Source of the DNA: the human T2T-CHM13v2.0 reference genome, Homo sapiens
NCBI RefSeq assembly: GCF_009914755.1
Contig: NC_060936.1
Reading direction: 5' to 3' (one strand)
Length of the DNA: 64,000 nt
This document shows, in pieces, positions 57,172-64,000 of this stretch. The notes under the pieces were generated by a model that saw nothing but the letters and a program-made list of their open reading frames with translations, did no database searches and was not told the DNA's origin. The translations under genes and the position numbers were made by a program. Within the stretch, counting starts at the first letter, position 1. Each line of letters begins with the position of its first letter.

Positions 57172-57937
57172 GTGGACTTAAGGCTCTTTGGGACAGATGG
57201 TACGAACTTTTCATCAAAGAGTTAGTTAATCTCCAAAAAGGTTAAAACAAGTGTCTTAGAGAATCCTTGAATAGGCAGAGATAGATAAATTTACATTTTA
57301 AAAACTTTTTATTTTAAAATGATTTCAAACTTACAGAAAAGTTGCAATAGCAATGCAGAAGGTTGGGTTCACACATATCTTTCACTCAACTTTTCCTAAT
57401 ATGATCAACACAGAGAATTATAACATAATCATCAAAATCAGGAGGATAACATTAGCATATTGCACAATAGTTACACTTCATAGTAAACTACTGATCTTAT
57501 TTGCATTTCACTAACTTTGTCCCCAGTGTTCATTTTCTGTTCCAGGATCCAATTCAGGATCCCACATTACAGTTATTGTGTCTCTTTAATCTCTTCAAAT
57601 ATGTGGCCTTTCCCCATTTTAAAGAAGAAGATACAATCTATTAGAACTGATGATGTTAAAATGCAAGATAACTCTAGGGACCCAGAAATGATCTGCCTCG
57701 TTCTCTTCCTTCTTGTCTTTTTACTCATTTTATTTTCCAAGCAAAACTTAAAATTAGCTTTATTTTTGTTTGCTATCACTGAAGTAAGAAATAAGTCACA
57801 ACTTTCATTTCAAAATACGCAAAACATATAGTTGTTAGTTTTAAAGGCTTGAAAGGCCTTAACCATATTTCACAATAGCCAAACACAGTCCTTGAAATAT
57901 AAAATACACAACTGTAATAATCATACAATTCTATGAC

Positions 57938-58620
57938 TGTGTAGTAAAGAATTGAACTTTGTCCTAAGCAGCTCTGACTTGTCTCTGCTTCTGGGAGATG
58001 ATCTCCCATCACACCTGTTAGGATTGTCTTCATTTGCCTGGGGTCCTGGGCTCACACCGCTGGTCTAAATGTGGTTTAGGATGGGGCTGCCACACTGGAT
58101 AGTCTTAGAGTGAGACCTGGTCTCCCCAGGTGGCAACGATGTGACGTGGGGTGGGGGCTTTGGGCTTTGGGCCATGTGGTATTGGTCAACTTTGGGAGGG
58201 CAGGAGTCTGTAGGCTGAGATCAGCCAGGCTGACCATCAGTCATACCTGTGTGATGGAGGCCCAGTACACGCTCTGGACTTAACGCTACAGTGGCTTCCC
58301 AGGTTGGCACTACCCCACGTGTACTGTCACACATTGATGCTGGGAAAGTAATGTCATTCTCGTTCCGTGGGGAGGGGACAGTGGGAACTGCAATTAGTAC
58401 TGTTCCCGGCCCCTGCCCTGTGCTCTTCTTCCCTTGGCTGATTTTTTAATCTAGCCATTCACTGTAGTAAACCATAGCCACAACTACAACAGCTTTCAGT
58501 GAGTTCTGTGTCTTTCTAGCAAATTATTGAACCTAAGGTGGTTTTGGGAACCCCCCAAATATGCAGCTTGTGTCAGAAGTGAAGGCAGTCTTGTGGTCTG
58601 TTCCCCTGACTTTGCTGTTG
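57938..58620 (+). mobile_element. MER21-like LTR
   Basis: 'tgtagtaaagaattgaa...ctgggagatgatctc', 'caacagctttcagtgagttctgtg', 'gtgtcagaagtgaagg'. Confidence 0.7.
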
Positions 58621-59531
58621 GCCTTAATTTTCCCAATGACTTTAAAAGTTGAATTTGAGACCATGAGTCTTTGCACTTGAAGATAAAAATGACTCTTCTT
58701 CCAAGAAAAACAAGAGAAGTGTTACTCGTAAAGTGTCATTTTCTATTTAGCAAATGCATTTTGATGAGTTTCTTTCTTTGTATTTCAACATGTTTCATTC
58801 ATAAGAGCACAGAAAAACAGAACGGGTCAGTTTAAGACCTGAAGTTATCCCACTTGCAATGAGGGTTTATAGCAGCATAAGATTTCTTCCAAATACAGTG
58901 AAGATTAAACCCAATATAGAACCACTGTCTGGAAAGACCCTTAGTGTGACCCGTCATGCGTGTATGTGTCTAGAGTCCAGAGCTTTAGAAAATGTCTTGA
59001 ATGTTTTGCCAATATCCAAGTTCTTCAGGACTAAAGAACAGCTTGGTTGACTTGTTTCTTTTAGAAAATTCTATCTTATACTAAACCCGTTTATGTAATT
59101 TCAGCGGAGGGGATGGTGGTGTATTTTGGCAATAGGGGTATCTTTCCAAAGGCTCAGCTCTGACAGATTTGTTATGAATTGATGGATCTTTTCATTATGG
59201 GAACAAGATACATCAAGTGCAGAATATTTTCCAGGCATTTGAATGTGCCTTGTGCTTATTAGGCTTCTGAAAACAGAAGTATCAGTGCTTTTTACTTAAA
59301 AAGAGAAAAGATAAACTACAGGGCAAAGGCTAAATTGATGCTTTCCCTTATCAAAGACCACTATTTTCAGAGCACTACAAAAACTGACTTTGTGAAAATG
59401 GTTTATGATGTGGCATTTTTTAAACATAATTTTTCAATTTAAAAGTTTAAATATATGACAAATATGCACATGTGAATACATTAATTTTTGTGCTTTTGTC
59501 CTCCTTGTTTCTGAAACCCTTCCAACTATTT

Positions 59532-60500
59532 AAAATTTTTGCAATCTATCCATCTAACAAAGGTCTAATATCCAGAATCTACGAGGAACTTAAACAAATT
59601 TACAGGAAGAAAACAAACGACCCCATCAAGAAGTAGGTGAAGAATATGAACAGACACTTCTTAAAAGAAGACATTTATGCAGCCAACAAACATATGAAAA
59701 AAAGCTCATTATCACTGGTCATTAGAGAAATGCAAATCAAAACCACAATGAGATACCATCTTATGCCAGTTAGAATGGCGATCATTAAAAAGTCTGGAAA
59801 CAACAGATGCTGCAAGATGCAGAGCATCTTGGATGCAGAGAAATAGGAACGCTTTTACACTGTTGGTGGGAGTGTAAATTAGTTCAACCATTGTGGAAGA
59901 CAGTGTGGCAATTCCTCAAGGATCTAGAACCAGTAATACCATTTGACCCAACAATCCCATTACTGGGTATACACCCAAAGGATTATAAATCATTCTACTA
60001 TCAAGAGACATGCTCACGTATGTTTATTGCAGCACTATTCACAATAGCAAAGACTTGGAACCAACCCAAATGCCCATCAATGATAGACTGGATAAAGAAA
60101 ATGTGGCACATATACACCATGGAATACTATGCAGCCATAAAAAAGAATTATTGCATGTCCTTCGCAGGGACATGGATGAAGCTGGAAACCATCATTCTCA
60201 GCAAACTAACACAGGAACAGAAAACCAAACAGTGCATATTCTCACTTATAAGTGGGAGCTGAACAATGAGAACACATGGACACGGGGAGGGGAACTTCAC
60301 ACACCGGGGCCTGTCAGGGGATCGGGGGAAAGGGGAGAGAGAGCATTAGGACAAATACCTAATGCATGCAGAACTTAAAGCCTAGATGAAGGGTTGATAG
60401 GTGCAGCAAACCATCATGGCACATGTATACCTATGTAACAAACCTGCACATTCTGCACATGTATCCTAGAACTTAAAGTAAAATAAAAATTTTTTAAAAA
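59532..60500 (+). mobile_element. 5'-truncated L1PA7/8-like element
   Basis: ORFs 59637 and 59807 are the ORF2 C-terminus (...SLISGS). 3'UTR 'ggagagcattaggacaaatacctaatgcatgc' and A-tail. Confidence 0.9.
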
Positions 60501-62214
60501 GAAGCACATAACCTCCAAAAAAAAGTTTTCAGCAATTAAAAAGTACTATAGTCTGTTAGCATTTCAAATGTTGGTAAGCTTTTATTTAGGACTTTCTTGG
60601 TATTTGATTCTGAACTTGCCAGTTTATTAACTAGAATCATTCTAAAGTAAGATTTATTGCACTAGGAGCTGACATGAGTTGCTTTGAACTCATAAAGTGC
60701 CGGCCAAAAAGTATTTTCCTACATTTTTCTTAGTAATATTTTCAGAAATGTCTACAATGATACAATTTAAAGTATTTAATTGGAAAACATTTTACGTTTA
60801 AAATTCTAATATTTTAAACAAATATTAGAGAAACAAAATATTTTTTGGTAATCTTTCTACAACTAAAGAAGTTGCTATTCCAGTTTTGGGACCCTGCTGT
60901 TGGTCACATACCTGGAGGTCTTCATAGGAAGGTGTTCTCCTGGCCTCTGGTCTGTGACATCAGTGAAGAGGTACCACGAGGCAGCCATTCTCAGATACAT
61001 TCACTTGGCAGAGCCCCAGATGCTCCTTGTGGGACTTTATAAAACACAGCATGCATCACACGCTGGTGGTGCCCCTGTCACATGCCCAGAGCTCACCTTG
61101 AGCTTTGGTGGACAACGTCCCTGTATGTTGAGGGCTTCCCACCTCAAGAGTTCATATTTTATAGTCATTAAAATTAATGCTGGAGAATATATAATGGTAT
61201 GTGTTCGTGATACAGCATGGAGAAAAATCAGTATACAAAACCTGCGGTGTTTAAAAGTGTTTGTCCATGTGTGCGTGTGTATCATTTTTTTTAGGAAGAG
61301 ACTCCAGAATATTAGCACTGCTTACATCCAAATAGTAGAATGGGGGGGATTTATCTATCTCTTTGCCAATCTATTTTTTTTTTAGTTTAGTTTTTTTTTT
61401 TTAAGCATTAACACGTAGTATTATTGTAATTCAAAACAAAAATTTTTGGAAAATGTATGGGGTCCCGGTGGATCAATAGTTTCTCCCATTTCAGATGTAC
61501 ACTGTTCTCCTCCCCACAGAGCTGACCCCCATGTGGGTCGGTGTGGGGAGACCCCACAGAGCTGGGGTAAAGGAGAATCACTTGCTCTCGCTCCCCTGAG
61601 CCTTACTAAAGCAGCACTTGAGGACTGTTCACAGATCAGCCCCTCCCATCAGGGTGAGGCAGGGACGGGAGGGGACCTGCTCCATCACTCCATGGTCAGG
61701 CTTGGCCCTTTAGCAGAAGGCCAAAAAGAGCTCCCCTGCTAAAGAGGGAAGGGAGGAGTCGCCAGGAGCTAGACGAGCTCCTCTGTGAGTGCTCCCAGGC
61801 ACCCGGCTCCCCTCTGCAGTGCCTGTCAAAACACCCATTGCACTCATATCATCTGGTTATGTGTCTGTTTCCCTGGCTTGTTGAGGGCACGGGGCAAGCA
61901 CTCAATAACTGTGGTGACAGGGACATTGTTGTGTCTCCTCATCCTGGACCTGAGGACAGGAAAGCTTTCCCTGGAGCACACAGAAGAGCCCAGTGATGTC
62001 CCCTCCCATCTCCTCTATCGGTGGAGCATCAGCTCTGCGATCACTGAAGTCTTTCAGGCTCTCGCTTCCTCTGATTCCACCTCGCAGCCAGTAAATGTCC
62101 ACACCAAGGAGGATATGAAAGTACAAGACATAGCCCTGGTCCTTCCATCGAGGAAGTCAAGGAATGCATGCAGGACAACAACTAGTACTTGCAAGGCACT
62201 TCTTATGCGCCAGG

Positions 62215-62620
62215 TGAAATGCACATACAATTGACCATTTTAAAGTGAACAATCAGTGGCATTTTGTACATTCACAGTGTTGTGCAACCACTCCCTTTAC
62301 ATAGTTCCCAAACATTTTCATCACCCCAAAATGAAATCTTGCACCCATGAAGCAGCCACTTCCCATTCTCCCCTCCACTCGGCCCCTGGAAACCACCAAT
62401 CTGCTTTCTGTTTCCATAGATTTACCTATTCTGGATATTTCATATAAATTGAATTACATAATATGTGACCTGTGTCTGGCTTCTTTCACTTCACATAATG
62501 CTTTTGCGGTTTAACCACATGGTGCCATGCATCAGTTCTGCATTCCTTTTTCTGGCTGCGTAATACTCCATTGTTTGTACATACCACAATTTGTTTATCC
62601 ATTTATCCATCTATGGACAC
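62215..62620 (-). mobile_element. L1MB 3' end, followed by MIR (about 62630-62820)
   Basis: 'ttgaccattttaaagtgaacaatcagtggcatt...', MIR 'gaaactgaggcaca'. Confidence 0.75.
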
Positions 62621-63904
62621 AATACATTTCAAGGACACTTGAAATATATTAACTCATTGAATTCTCTCCACAGAGACAGATGCAGTATTTTCCATAAATT
62701 TATAAAGTAGAAACTGAGGCACAAGTCACATGCCTAAGATCACATAGCTATTAAGCAGAATAAGGACTCCAGCCCAGATAGCCCAGTACCAAAGGTCTTC
62801 CTGGTAACCACTACTCTCTACTATCTCACAGAGAACAACCCCAAATAGCACAACATGGGGGCTAAGCTGTCTAGTGGAGCTTCAAATGCTGTGTGTTTCA
62901 GAGAATGGGGAGGTCCCTGGGCTGTCACGGAAGCTTCCTGGAGAAGCAGGATCATGTAAAGTCTAACTTGGGGCAGGTCAGGGTGATGTGAGTGACCAAC
63001 TCACTCAGAACACAGCCATTCATGGGTGTTCAGTAAAACTGGCTCTAGAACCAGCGATGACTTCAGCTCAAGGATCCCACAAGGGAAAGTGCTTGTCTTT
63101 CCCTGCACAGCATACAGCTCTTTCGGCAGAGTTCTGGACCCAAGCTTCTTTCAAATACGTTACAAACAGCAAAAGAAGCTGGCTGTTCCTTCTGTCTGTC
63201 TGCATCTGTCTAATGGTTTAGAGAGTGGGACATTTCCATCCTCCTTTCTCCGAGCATCCTTGAAAGCCTTCCCAAAAAGCAATGCACTTTGGAGAAATGT
63301 AATGCTGGAGAGGAAAGTGGTGTTCAGGAGAGGGGAGTCTGTTCCAGGAACTGGTACACAAGAGCTAGAGGTTGGGTGGGGTAGGGAACTTCTTAAACTA
63401 AGTTCTCGGCCTTGTTTCCAGTGTTCTTCCTGTAGATCAGGGCTGAGGACACCCTGCTGCATGCTCTTCATCCCTTCACCAGAATTCCTAAAGTCCATAC
63501 TCATGGATCCTGGGAAATCAAGAAGGCCAGGGGATGCTGGCAAGCCTAGGCAAGACTGCCCGGGGCCAACCCTGCAGCCTTCATTCCCCAGGCCCACTCA
63601 GCCCAGCTGGCCAGCAAAGGCAGTCATGGCCTCCATGTCCACACATGAGAATGACCTGCAGCTGTTCTTTGTCTAGGCTGGGGTCAAGGATTCCCACTGC
63701 AGCTTGAGGGGTGAGGATAAAAGTCTACAATCCAGCTCCTAGGAAATCTTTAAAATTTAGGTCTGGGATGAGCCTGTCGGTAGTACATTAGGTAGAGAAC
63801 TTTTATGAAGTTAAGGGTAAACTGGCTGGGCTGGGTCTAGAACTGGGAATGGTGCCTAGCAGCACATTTTTGAGAACATGCAGCCAGGTTTGGTATGTCA
63901 TGGA

Positions 63905-64000
63905 GTGTGTGTGTGTGCACGCACGTGAGTGTGTGAGTGTGTGTGTGTGAGAGTGTGTGTGTGAGAGAGTGTATGTGAGAGATTGCATGTGTCATGTGTG
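63905..64000. repeat. Degenerate (GT/GA)n low-complexity repeat
   Basis: Directly visible. Confidence 0.85.

Noticed and set aside
63026-63676. 216-aa ORF (+) overlapping a 145-aa ORF (-)
   Set aside because: Non-ATG start for the long ORF, no recognisable domain and no supporting signals.

Overview
This is primate (human-like) euchromatic DNA, rich in repeats, with no intact protein-coding gene. From 1 to about 20.6 kb it is ordinary intergenic sequence: L1, L2, Alu, LTR and DNA-transposon relics, a 27-nt Y4 RNA retro-fragment and a tandem pair of CTCF-like motifs. From about 20.6 to 49 kb it is a mosaic of pieces from four unrelated genes. (i) A diverged WASH/WASHC1 segment (intron 1 plus first coding exon, + strand). 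(ii) Joined to it about 50 nt into the next intron, the CpG island and first coding exon of IQSEC3, followed by GC-richer intron-like DNA. (iii) A 5'-truncated processed DDX55 pseudogene (+). (iv) An unprocessed TLL1 (tolloid-like 1) fragment on the - strand, with two astacin-domain exons about 5 kb apart in AT-rich DNA; the ORF track barely shows it. From 49 to 64 kb it is mostly old and young L1, LTRs and unique sequence, including an L1 3' transduction and several template-switch scars. From memory this resembles the 12p13.2 LINC01252/IQSEC3P2/DDX55P1 region, but I have not verified that. All gene and repeat-family assignments come from recalled sequences, not from a database search, and repeat boundaries are approximate.
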